Shown here: positions 38,941 through 47,451 of the stretch, piece after piece
Layout of the letters: each line of letters begins with the position of its first letter
How positions within the stretch are numbered: the stretch's first letter is position 1
Virus record (IMG/VR): IMGVR_UViG_3300045789_000711
Coordinates: 1-64,000 of that record
Reading direction: 5' to 3' (one strand)
DNA from: a virus
DNA: 64,000 nt
Notes under the pieces: model-generated
What the model was told of the DNA's origin: nothing
Databases searched by the model: none
The model's input: only the letters and a program-made list of their open reading frames with translations
Position numbers and translations under genes: made by a program

Positions 38941-39326
38941 TGAGACGTATTTTACTCGATACCCATGCATTTTTATGGGCGCTTTCTGATGATGAGAGCC
39001 TAGGTGATGTTGCGGCAAGTATCATTATTAACCCTGATAATCAGGTGTTTGTCAGTGCCGTTAGTATCTGGGAAGCTGGAATAAAAGTTAAACTAAACAA
39101 GCTGGTAGCGCCTGACAACCTTGATGAAGCTATCCAGCTATTAGGCTGCAAAGAGCTACCTATAAGTGCGTTCCATGGCAAGCAAGCTGCCAAGTTGCCA
39201 ATGCACCACGCGGATCCGTTTGACCGCCTGTTGATTGCTCAAGCTCAAGCTGAGGGGTTGGAGTTAATGACGTGTGATAGCGTGTTTCCCCTGTACGGGA
39301 TACAGCTCATTGATGCCAAGCGATAG
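38940..39326 (+). CDS. vapC: VapC PIN-domain toxin
   Basis: LLDTHAFLW, SIWE, HHADPFDRLLIAQA. Confidence 0.92.
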   Translation: MRRILLDTHAFLWALSDDESLGDVAASIIINPDNQVFVSAVSIWEAGIKVKLNKLVAPDNLDEAIQLLGCKELPISAFHGKQAAKLPMHHADPFDRLLIAQAQAEGLELMTCDSVFPLYGIQLIDAKR

Positions 39327-39448
39327 GGCCGTATTAAGTTCCGCTTGTGAGCTATCCTATTAAGGTGTAGTATTATTTCACAGTATCATAAAATGATACG
39401 GTGAAATGTGGCAGTTTTCGTATTATCTCGGGTGAGATTTAACATTAG

Positions 39449-40339
39449 ATGGAGTTTGCAATGGTTGATAAACGTATTCAGTTCAGGGGTGTGTGTTGTG
39501 CTTGTGGCCGTGTTCATGCACTTAAGGGCGATATGATGGTGCAGCACGGTTATACCGTTGACTACGGGATGTTTAACGGCAGTTGCCAAGGCGTTGGCCA
39601 TCCCCATTATGGCCATGTTGACGCGCCTAAATACCTTAAGCAATTGATTGAAGAGAGCCATGATTTATTGGCTAGATTGCCTGCAATGATAGCGTGTTGC
39701 CGTGATGATTTGGCTCGCGCCGAAGCTGCCTATGAAAAAGCCAAGGCGATAAGCCGCACTGAGGGCCGTCAAGCGCTAGAGGCTCGCAATAATCTTAAAA
39801 ATCAACTTAAGGCGTGTATGTATGCCCTTAATGGTGGCGTAAAAGCTTCTATTGATATGTATGAAAAAATGCATAAAGAATGGGTTCAGGTTGAGCCGAT
39901 GGAAGTTGATTTAGTGGTTGAAGCTGCAGAGCAACGCGCCGCGCGTAAAGCGCTTGCCGATGCTAAGAAGCAGGCCAAAGCCGACGAGCAAGCCGCCAAG
40001 AAACGAGTTGCGGAAGAGCGTGAAGCCAAGGCTAATGAAAAGTTGGCCGCGCGCATGGCTGAGTTAGCGGCAGGGGCTTATTGTCGCCTGTATTATCGCG
40101 GTAAGTTGGTCAAAGAGTTTAAGCAATCTTTCGAGGATGAGCGCTCATTACTCAATGCTTATCACAGTACCCGCCAAGAGCATTACCTGACTATTTTCCC
40201 TGACACTAGCGAGCTGAATTGGAACTTAGGTAGTTACTTTTTTGAAGCTAGAGATAAGCCTGATGGTAAGGGTAAGCGCCTAGAGCATTATCTTCTTGGC
40301 GGCACCCCAAAGAGTTATTTCGAGGTTGATTGGGATTAA
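39449..40339 (+). CDS. Hypothetical protein with N-terminal C/H zinc motif and coiled coil
   Basis: RGVCCACGR.H......HGY......GSC.G; promoter TTGTGA-17-TAGTAT at 39345. Confidence 0.75.
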   Translation: MEFAMVDKRIQFRGVCCACGRVHALKGDMMVQHGYTVDYGMFNGSCQGVGHPHYGHVDAPKYLKQLIEESHDLLARLPAMIACCRDDLARAEAAYEKAKAISRTEGRQALEARNNLKNQLKACMYALNGGVKASIDMYEKMHKEWVQVEPMEVDLVVEAAEQRAARKALADAKKQAKADEQAAKKRVAEEREAKANEKLAARMAELAAGAYCRLYYRGKLVKEFKQSFEDERSLLNAYHSTRQEHYLTIFPDTSELNWNLGSYFFEARDKPDGKGKRLEHYLLGGTPKSYFEVDWD

Positions 40340-40408
40340 GTTAGGCCAGCTAGTTTAAGTCATTCCCGCCGCCAGCAAGTGCTGGTGGCTTCATTTTTTG
40401 GAGGTTTT

Positions 40409-40693
40409 ATGTCAGTTCAAGTTAATGTAAACGGTAGAGTAAAGCAGTTCGACTATCTTACCTATGAGGCTAGTGGCCGTGGTGATTTCAATGTGCATGG
40501 CTGGGGTACCTATGATCGTAACTCAGTGTTAGCGGGACAGCCTAAAAAGCAGTTTATCGACACGCTCGATACAATCGAAGAGATCGAAGCGAACTATCCT
40601 GATGCCACGGGTAGCAACAAGTTTATGCAGCCTCAAAACAGCTACAATCATTTGCCTGATACCCAAGATGGCTATGATTGGGATGGTATCTAA
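40409..40693 (+). CDS. Hypothetical protein
   Basis: GGAGG RBS before the ATG at 40409. Confidence 0.7.
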   Translation: MSVQVNVNGRVKQFDYLTYEASGRGDFNVHGWGTYDRNSVLAGQPKKQFIDTLDTIEEIEANYPDATGSNKFMQPQNSYNHLPDTQDGYDWDGI

Positions 40694-40758
40694 CCTCGTT
40701 AATTAACCAATCTACCCGCCACCAGCAAGCGCTGGTGGCTTCTTTGTGAGATATAGCC

Positions 40759-40977
40759 ATGACGTCAGACCTAAGAACACCAATCGAATTAAGACCGCTA
40801 CGCCCTAACGAATGTCGTGTGTGTGGCATAGAGCATAAGCCGGAAGCGCCGCACGTACTTGACTCACTCTATTATGAGACTGAGTTTTACCACGAGCATG
40901 GCCGTCAAGTGACGATGCAAGATGCCGTTGCGCATTGTTCTGATAGCGTAAAAGCTAAGTACCTTAAGGGGGAATAG
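40759..40977 (+). CDS. Small zinc-binding protein
   Basis: CRVC...H....PH ... HC. Confidence 0.65.
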   Translation: MTSDLRTPIELRPLRPNECRVCGIEHKPEAPHVLDSLYYETEFYHEHGRQVTMQDAVAHCSDSVKAKYLKGE

Positions 40978-41523
40978 ATGATCTCATTAGACCGCTTTAA
41001 CCCTGACTTATTACCCGTCATTAAGCCGTTCACGGGTGCCGATGTCGTCGCGCTACGTGAGGCTATTGGTGTTAGCCAGTCAGTGCTGGCCCTTATCTTT
41101 AATGTGTCAGTATCAACGGTGAGAAAGTGGGAATATAGCGCCGAGAGTAATGCGCTCAAAGGTGGTGATCTGCTTATTGCTAACCAGTTGGCCAGCCAAG
41201 GCCTATCAGGCTATTTGCATGGCACGGTTAACGAGGGTGTTAGCTTTGACATTAAAGAGGCTATCTATTCAGTGCTAGCTAATTGTTCCGGCCAGTCTGG
41301 TGATCGTGTTGTTGTGAAGATGGACGCTATTAATGAGCTTAAGGCGAGTATGGGGCTGCGTTCCGTTGCCGATAGTCCGTCTATGATGATTAGACAAGAA
41401 AGGGCCAAGGCGCTGGGCGTGTTCGCTGCACAAGTGGGTGAGCTGATAGCCGCCTCTTCTACGGTTGAAGAGATTAAAGCCGGATTCAACGATTTATTAA
41501 TTAACAAAAGCACAGAGATTTAG
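40978..41523 (+). CDS. XRE-family HTH protein with C-terminal extension
   Basis: DVVALREAIGVSQSVLALIFNVSVSTVRKWE. Confidence 0.8.
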   Translation: MISLDRFNPDLLPVIKPFTGADVVALREAIGVSQSVLALIFNVSVSTVRKWEYSAESNALKGGDLLIANQLASQGLSGYLHGTVNEGVSFDIKEAIYSVLANCSGQSGDRVVVKMDAINELKASMGLRSVADSPSMMIRQERAKALGVFAAQVGELIAASSTVEEIKAGFNDLLINKSTEI

Positions 41524-41534
41524 GGGCGTTAAAA

Positions 41535-42053
41535 ATGGATTTAAACCTTATTACAATAGCTAACGATGGCCAGATGCTAGTTGATACGAACTACTTTGAT
41601 TCTGAGCCTGCAAAACATGGTTATACCTATCTTAGCTGGAACGTGGGCGCAATGCGTTTGCTGGTACCGGATCATTGCCATCACTTCTTGGAAGAAATGA
41701 AAACAGGTAAGCACATCACGGTATGTTATGGCCCGTTTGATGATTTTGAATCGCCTGATATGGCTAAGTTTGCTGCTGAGTTGGATGCACTGGCCACGGG
41801 TGAGGCTGATGAGGATATGACGCGCGGCTTTAATGGCAACGGTTTTGACATCGTGTTTGATGATGATACAGAAGCGCCGTTTTCAATCATTACGCATTCA
41901 GCGTTGAGTGATCGCATTATGCCAGCCAGCGATGGTCATTTTATGATGCCCGTACACATCTACACGCGCTTAGGCTTAATGATGACAATGCAAGGCTACT
42001 ACATTCCGGTAGATAAAATCCCTGCAGGCATTCCCCAGATAGACGTTGCTTAA
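41535..42053 (+). CDS. Hypothetical protein
   Basis: 172 aa; TNYFDSE...G..YLSWN.GA.RLLVP. Confidence 0.7.
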   Translation: MDLNLITIANDGQMLVDTNYFDSEPAKHGYTYLSWNVGAMRLLVPDHCHHFLEEMKTGKHITVCYGPFDDFESPDMAKFAAELDALATGEADEDMTRGFNGNGFDIVFDDDTEAPFSIITHSALSDRIMPASDGHFMMPVHIYTRLGLMMTMQGYYIPVDKIPAGIPQIDVA

Positions 42054-42093
42054 CCAAAACAACTATTGGCAGTAGTTTGATTAACCGGAGGGC

Positions 42094-42717
42094 TTGATGG
42101 CCTGTGTTAGAAGTATGCCGCCTCAGACGAAAGAGGCCTGCAGAAAGATACTTTCAGAAGTAGATAAGATTAATCCTGTTATCGCGCTCATGCTTGAGTT
42201 CTCGGCGTTAACAGGGCTTAGGTATAGCGACGTATCCCGTTTGAAGTTTACGGACTTGATGGTCAATGGTGTGATCCGCGACTCGATAGTTGTTATCCAA
42301 GTAAAGGCGTTCAATAAGCGTATAGCTGCAGGCATTAAAGCTGCAGTGGCCAAAGACCGCTCTAAGGTGACAATCTTTATTAACGAGCAGTGTAAGGCCG
42401 TGATAGAGGATGCATTGAGACTGGCCAATGATGATGCCAAGAAGCTAGCATTTGAGTCGTCCATTCGTGCTGGTATGCCGTACTCGGCCCAGTACGTTAA
42501 CCGGATACTTAAGGTTGTGGCTGTGAAGCTAAAACTTAACTTTGCATTGTCTACACATAGCTTTAGAAAGGCGTTCGCGCTCTTCTTGATCAACAACAAT
42601 GCTCGCATACATCAAGTGCGTGATGCGCTTGGTCAATCGTCGCTTTCATCTACTGATGCCTACCTACAAACCTTTATGTCAGATCATGAAGCGTTAGTGT
42701 CAAAAGTTGGCTTTTAG
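42094..42717 (+). CDS. Tyrosine recombinase (catalytic-domain only)
   Basis: TGLRYSD, STHSFRK, LGQSS..ST..Y. Confidence 0.88.
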   Translation: MMACVRSMPPQTKEACRKILSEVDKINPVIALMLEFSALTGLRYSDVSRLKFTDLMVNGVIRDSIVVIQVKAFNKRIAAGIKAAVAKDRSKVTIFINEQCKAVIEDALRLANDDAKKLAFESSIRAGMPYSAQYVNRILKVVAVKLKLNFALSTHSFRKAFALFLINNNARIHQVRDALGQSSLSSTDAYLQTFMSDHEALVSKVGF

Positions 42718-42727
42718 TCAAACTCAA

Positions 42728-42755
42728 TAGCGCTGCAGCCTGTAGCGCTATTTTC
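42728..42755 (+). terminator. Intrinsic terminator
   Basis: TAGCGCTGCAG-C-CTGTAGCGCTATTTT. Confidence 0.7.
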
Positions 42756-42811
42756 AATCAAATCGTTAAAAAAACAGCACTAGCCCTAAAATTTGACAAG
42801 TGCTATAACTT

Positions 42812-42822
42812 ACATCCTAACA
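42812..42822 (+). promoter_or_regulatory. Putative C1 operator
   Basis: ACATCCTAACA. Confidence 0.75.
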
Positions 42823-42870
42823 AGGTTGCGTTATTATTGTTTGCAGTAACGAAAGGTTATATCTGGAGAT

Positions 42871-43563
42871 TTGACATTGAATAAAGAGCTAAAGCCAGTG
42901 TATGAGAATGGGTTGTGGCGCATTGATAACGAGTTTATAAAAGCTGATAGGCTTGAATCGCTTAAAGAGCTTAATGAAGCTATCAGGCACATAGAAGCTA
43001 AAACGCTTGCAGCCAATAACGCTATCGCTGGTGGCCTTTATGCTGCAGATATAATGCTTAGGTTGCCTGAGTATCGATTACCCCGCTTAAATTTGTATTC
43101 CCGTAACGGCCTAATTACCCCAGAACGCGCGTGGAAGATAGCCCGTGATACATGGATTAATCTTGATAAGGTTTACCCGTATCGTGACGGCTGGTTAGCT
43201 TTCTTTGCTGCCATGATGCCGACTCGTGATCTCTTCATGACGCCAAAAGAGTTAGAACACTTGGCCATGCTTCCTGATGAAATCAAAATATACCGTGGCT
43301 ATGACCGTGCGCTAAGTCGTGCAGGCATTAGCTGGTCAATGAGTAAGATGATTGCGTCACAGTATGCAAAGCGTTTTAAGTCTAAGAAGCTGGCCCAAGG
43401 CTTAGTTAAGAAAGCTGATGTCGTGGGTTACATTACGGCCCGTGGCCATCATGAGATAGTGTTGCGTTCGGAATTGGCAGTATTAAATCAACGGGCAGTG
43501 AATACCGTTCGCGGTGATGAGGCTATGCGCTGGTTAATGCTTGGTGATGGTCAGTTCTTATAG
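42871..43563 (+). CDS. Hypothetical protein with ADP-ribosyltransferase-like C-terminal domain
   Basis: IYRG ... GISWS...IA..YA ... HHEIVL. Confidence 0.55.
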   Translation: MTLNKELKPVYENGLWRIDNEFIKADRLESLKELNEAIRHIEAKTLAANNAIAGGLYAADIMLRLPEYRLPRLNLYSRNGLITPERAWKIARDTWINLDKVYPYRDGWLAFFAAMMPTRDLFMTPKELEHLAMLPDEIKIYRGYDRALSRAGISWSMSKMIASQYAKRFKSKKLAQGLVKKADVVGYITARGHHEIVLRSELAVLNQRAVNTVRGDEAMRWLMLGDGQFL

Positions 43564-43587
43564 TTCGACGCCCTACCCCAGAAAGAA

Positions 43588-43659
43588 CAAAAGCCCTCTA
43601 CGAATAGAGGGCTTTTGCATTTTTGGCAGTAGTCGCGGATCGGGTAATCCTTGATTACG
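43588..43659 (-). ncRNA. Putative ~75-nt small RNA
   Basis: Promoter TGGACA-17-TAATCT (43694-43666), 5' hairpin GTAATC-AAG-GATTAC, single-stranded linker, terminator 43588-43617; no ORF. Confidence 0.5.
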
Positions 43660-43703
43660 GGAAGAAGATTAAACAAAAGCGTGGTTGCTGTCCAGTTCAG
43701 GAC

Positions 43704-43740
43704 AAAAAAAAGCCCAAACCAAAATAAAGCGGTCTGGGCT
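43704..43740 (-). terminator. Minus-strand terminator
   Basis: AGCCCAGACC..GGTTTGGGCT-T7. Confidence 0.65.
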
Positions 43741-43876
43741 ACCTGTAGTCAGTTTCTAAGGGACAGAGAAGAAACAGGGCTACCTAATACAACACAACTA
43801 ATCGACGTTAATATCCTAACAATTTGATCTTAAGAAAGCTAGATAGCTACCATTTAGTTTTTTTAAGGGCTTCGTT

Positions 43877-44488
43877 ATGAGTGATACGCGCATTATCGCG
43901 GTGAGCCTTGCTGTTAAGGCTACGCCGCTTGTTGCTATGGCAACGGCCACCAGCAACGCTTTACATATTATTTCAATTGAAAAGCTACCTCGCAACGTCG
44001 CAAAAATTAAAGAGCGATTAGCAGAGCTTAAGGCTAAAGCTTCCGAGGTCGGTGCTGAGTTGGTGATTGAGGATCAATCGGGCCTGCTTTCCGGTTTTGG
44101 TCGGCCGCTTCGATTAGATGGTAAGGGTATCAACGGGCAACCTGTTTTAGTTGAAGCAATGGAGCGCTACAACGCATTAACCAATGTTGGTGCCATAACG
44201 TACCCAGAGCAAAACAAATCCAGCATGACGCTATCTAGAAGCCTTTATAACATCAAGCATTCTGATGGTGGCTCGGTGTCATACGTTATCGACTGGGAAC
44301 AACTGCGCGACGAGCAACGAGTGATGCTTATCTGCTTGCATGCCGCCTTATGCCAGAGCGTATTCAATACCGGATTTATTGACCAGATGTTTGCTCATGC
44401 TGCCCCAGTGCGCCTGCTTGAGTCGGACGATAGCAAGCCTAACCCAAGAGTTAATCTTGGTAATGGCGGCAAGGTGGTACTGCTATGA
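43877..44488 (+). CDS. mat: Maturation control protein (P1 Mat-like)
   Basis: MERYNAL and YVIDWEQLRDEQ resemble remembered P1 Mat segments; operator ATATCCTAACA at 43811. Confidence 0.7.
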   Translation: MSDTRIIAVSLAVKATPLVAMATATSNALHIISIEKLPRNVAKIKERLAELKAKASEVGAELVIEDQSGLLSGFGRPLRLDGKGINGQPVLVEAMERYNALTNVGAITYPEQNKSSMTLSRSLYNIKHSDGGSVSYVIDWEQLRDEQRVMLICLHAALCQSVFNTGFIDQMFAHAAPVRLLESDDSKPNPRVNLGNGGKVVLL

Positions 44489-44814
44489 CGGATTCTGCTG
44501 TGACATCCCGCCTATCGGATGAAAAGATTGAAGATGTGATCATTCGTTCATACCTGTATCGAGACATCCTTAAGTCCATTCGTGAAAACTCGGTAACAAC
44601 GACTGCTTATGAGCTTAAGCACGATGAAAAGTACCGTCCTGACTTGGTTGCGTTCCGCGTCTATGGCAATACGGCCGCTCGCTGGTTGGTTAAGTTGCTA
44701 TGCGATACCGAAGACGAAGAACGTGCGCTACCCGTCGGTACCACAATCCGGTTCCCTGACATTGCCTACGTTCGTGAGCGCATTCGCCACTTTGAAAATG
44801 GCGGTGGTATCTAA
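44485..44814 (+). CDS. Baseplate protein, LysM-like (P1 gp26-like)
   Basis: DEKYRPDLVAFRVYG....WLV, LPVG..I.FP. Confidence 0.8.
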   Translation: MTDSAVTSRLSDEKIEDVIIRSYLYRDILKSIRENSVTTTAYELKHDEKYRPDLVAFRVYGNTAARWLVKLLCDTEDEERALPVGTTIRFPDIAYVRERIRHFENGGGI

Positions 44815-46031
44815 TGCCAGTCAGAAAAGCCAAGAAAAACGAGCAGGGGATATATGACACAAAAGGGCTTAATGAAGCTCAATTCATCATGGCCTTTAAT
44901 CGGATCAAGGTTGAGCAGAATGAAAAGCGTCGAGAGGGTAAACGAACGCTTAAGCCTAGAGCATTAACAAGGCGAACAACACAAGACATAGCCCGTCTTG
45001 GTAATAAGGCCGATGGCACCCCCTTTACCGTTGACGACCTTAAACGCTTTGAAAAGATGTCTAAACGCTTTTCTAAGCGTCGTGGTACCTCGCAAGGCAT
45101 TACTTACCTAGAGGTTATTTCTCGTGGCCGTGCTATCGACGTTAAGCGCGCAAACAATAACGTCTCTGATGGCTCGGGGATTTCAAAAGCTTCATTGATT
45201 GCGCTTAGGGGCGGCAATGTGGCCCATGTACGCGTTAAAGCATCGTCTAAGTCTAAACACCAAGAACACATGGTAAGAGTGCGCTTTGAAGAGTGGGACG
45301 ACTCTATGCGCAATGCTGGTGGCCATGGCAAAGATAATGACGATGGCTTTATGGCGGCGGTTAAGGCTTCGTGTCGTGGCCGTATGTCCTTTGATTGTGA
45401 TTGCGGCCGTTACCAGTATTGGTATCGATACTTGGCCACGCTTGGCAATTACCAGTTATCACCCCCTAAAGAGTTCGCTTACACCAAGATACGTAACCCT
45501 AATTTGGTCGGTGTTGCCTGTAAGCACGTCACCAAAGCGCTAACCATGCTGCAAAGTCCGACTTGGCATAAACCCTTGTCGCTACAAATGCGCTTACAAG
45601 CGACACGTAACGGCTATGGCGATGATTACCGCAAGAACACCTATTTCAGCAAAGAAGAGCAAAAGGCCGCGAATAAAAACCGCAAGCTGACCGTCAATCA
45701 AGACAAAGCCCGTGAAGACTATAAGCGCTATATCTCACGACTTGGTGCTATTCAGCGAAAGCTAAAAGAAAACCCAGAGGCTAACAAGGCGATCCGTGAG
45801 CAGCTTAAACAGGTCAAGTCTGACCGTTCCAAATTGGCTAAAGAAAACACCCAGCTCAAGAAGCGTAACGCCCAGTTAGAGCAGATGGCCCGTGACGCTA
45901 TGCGAGTAAAGCTGAGTTCATTTATTGATGGTGCCAAGGTGGCAGGCTTAAGCGAGAGCAAGGCCGTTGACGCCTTTGCCAAGGCTAACAAGCTTACCCC
46001 CGAAGCGATTAAAAATCTAAGAGGTAAGTAA
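44814..46031 (+). CDS. P1 gp25-like protein with SWIM-type zinc finger
   Basis: FDCDCGRYQYWYRY ... ACKH; size and synteny. Confidence 0.75.
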   Translation: MPVRKAKKNEQGIYDTKGLNEAQFIMAFNRIKVEQNEKRREGKRTLKPRALTRRTTQDIARLGNKADGTPFTVDDLKRFEKMSKRFSKRRGTSQGITYLEVISRGRAIDVKRANNNVSDGSGISKASLIALRGGNVAHVRVKASSKSKHQEHMVRVRFEEWDDSMRNAGGHGKDNDDGFMAAVKASCRGRMSFDCDCGRYQYWYRYLATLGNYQLSPPKEFAYTKIRNPNLVGVACKHVTKALTMLQSPTWHKPLSLQMRLQATRNGYGDDYRKNTYFSKEEQKAANKNRKLTVNQDKAREDYKRYISRLGAIQRKLKENPEANKAIREQLKQVKSDRSKLAKENTQLKKRNAQLEQMARDAMRVKLSSFIDGAKVAGLSESKAVDAFAKANKLTPEAIKNLRGK

Positions 46032-46663
46032 TGCCAGAGTTAACGCCAATGAAGCCTAAAGGGGCTGGCCATGATGCGTATACAAACAGAGTGCGCCAAG
46101 ACTGGGCCGCAGTGATTAAAGCTCATCCTGAGCGCTTTGATGCGCTATTACACAAGACCATAACGCATGAGGTAGCCGAAGCAGACGATCCCGCACTGTT
46201 TGGTAACGTCAACGAGCAGGTATCAGACATTGCTTATCAGGATCCCGTGTTGGTGTCGGCTGTTGAATCAAGCGGTGATGATGATGCCTTTATCAGTTCC
46301 TTTGATGGTGATGAGTCCATGGGGTACGGGGAAACGGCCATGATGATTATGCGCCTATCTGAATTTGATGTGCCGGAGGGGTCTATTGTCGAGTTTTTAG
46401 TGTCGCTATCTGATGGTGAGGTGCAACGCCAGTATTGGTATGTGCATCACTCGACCTCGCTTGGAAGTCCCGCCATTGGTTCAATTCACTATTGCATCCC
46501 GTGTGGTGATATCGAGCAGATAACGCTACCGGATATCAGCGAACCCGCACCGATTACCGAACCGATTACCGAACCTATTACCGAACCGGAACCCGCACCG
46601 ATTACCGAACCGGAACCCGAGGCCACCAGCACAGAGCCAAACGGCGCGCTATTTTCAGTTTAG
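46031..46663 (+). CDS. P1 gp7-like neck/tail protein with PITE repeat tail
   Basis: Synteny 26-25-7-24; VPEGSIVE, YWYV, YCIP. Confidence 0.7.
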   Translation: MPELTPMKPKGAGHDAYTNRVRQDWAAVIKAHPERFDALLHKTITHEVAEADDPALFGNVNEQVSDIAYQDPVLVSAVESSGDDDAFISSFDGDESMGYGETAMMIMRLSEFDVPEGSIVEFLVSLSDGEVQRQYWYVHHSTSLGSPAIGSIHYCIPCGDIEQITLPDISEPAPITEPITEPITEPEPAPITEPEPEATSTEPNGALFSV

Positions 46664-46668
46664 AGGTT

Positions 46669-47451
46669 GTGATGAGTACAGAATTAGAGATCCCCATTGT
46701 TGATATAGTTGTTAATACTGAGTCCGGTGAGCGTTACATATCCGATATTGGGGATATTGACGTTGGCTTTGGTAACTTTTTGTATCGGTTGCTCGACGGG
46801 CTTCGAGATATGAAGCCTGTGAAGTCGGCACCGTTTTATCAGTACACCCAGCGAGAGGGTAAGAAAAAGCTTTATGTGGCCACTGAAACAGATCCTAAGC
46901 GATTCGTTCGCATTGTTCGCAATCGCTTCTTTCCTAAGACGGATAGCAAGCAGATCCAAAGTGATCGCTCAACCTTGCCATTGGTTTACTTTCATCGCGT
47001 TCTGGGCTTCGACCAGTCAGTGACAGGTGAAGAAATCATAGAGAAAGACGTCGGGGCCATTTACGCAGAAGACGGCACTAAGGCCGCTATTGTTGATTCA
47101 TTGCCTGCAACGCTCAATTACATGGTTTATGTGCTTGCTTGGGATATGCCAACACTAGACAAGCTGGTGGCGGGGCTAACCTCTTCACTGGTCACAAGTA
47201 GTCGTGAGTTTCATTATCCAACGGATGTTATGGGCCATAGTGATGATGTTCAGGCCGCTATAACACCCGCTAATTCACTGTCATGGACGGACTTAAGCCC
47301 AGCCAATACAGAAGACCGTTTATTGGTTTATCAGGGGATGGTTGAAGTTAAGGCTCGTTACTTTCAAGCCAGATGCATTACCCAGTCAACGCTACGTTTC
47401 AAGCTTACGAGTCCAGTACCTATGTATGGAGTGAATAATCATGGCTTCTGA
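46669..47451 (+). CDS. P1 gp24-like tail completion protein
   Basis: 260 aa, synteny. Confidence 0.65.
   Translation: MMSTELEIPIVDIVVNTESGERYISDIGDIDVGFGNFLYRLLDGLRDMKPVKSAPFYQYTQREGKKKLYVATETDPKRFVRIVRNRFFPKTDSKQIQSDRSTLPLVYFHRVLGFDQSVTGEEIIEKDVGAIYAEDGTKAAIVDSLPATLNYMVYVLAWDMPTLDKLVAGLTSSLVTSSREFHYPTDVMGHSDDVQAAITPANSLSWTDLSPANTEDRLLVYQGMVEVKARYFQARCITQSTLRFKLTSPVPMYGVNNHGF

Noticed and set aside
38707-39326. P1 phd-doc
   Set aside because: The toxin is a PIN-domain VapC, not a Fic/Doc protein; an ordinary TA module
39437-39465. dif-like XerD arm (ATTTAACATTA)
   Set aside because: No XerC arm at 6-bp spacing
42094-42717. Chromosomal integrase / prophage boundary
   Set aside because: Lacks arm- and core-binding domains, no att site or tRNA, and phage genes continue on both sides
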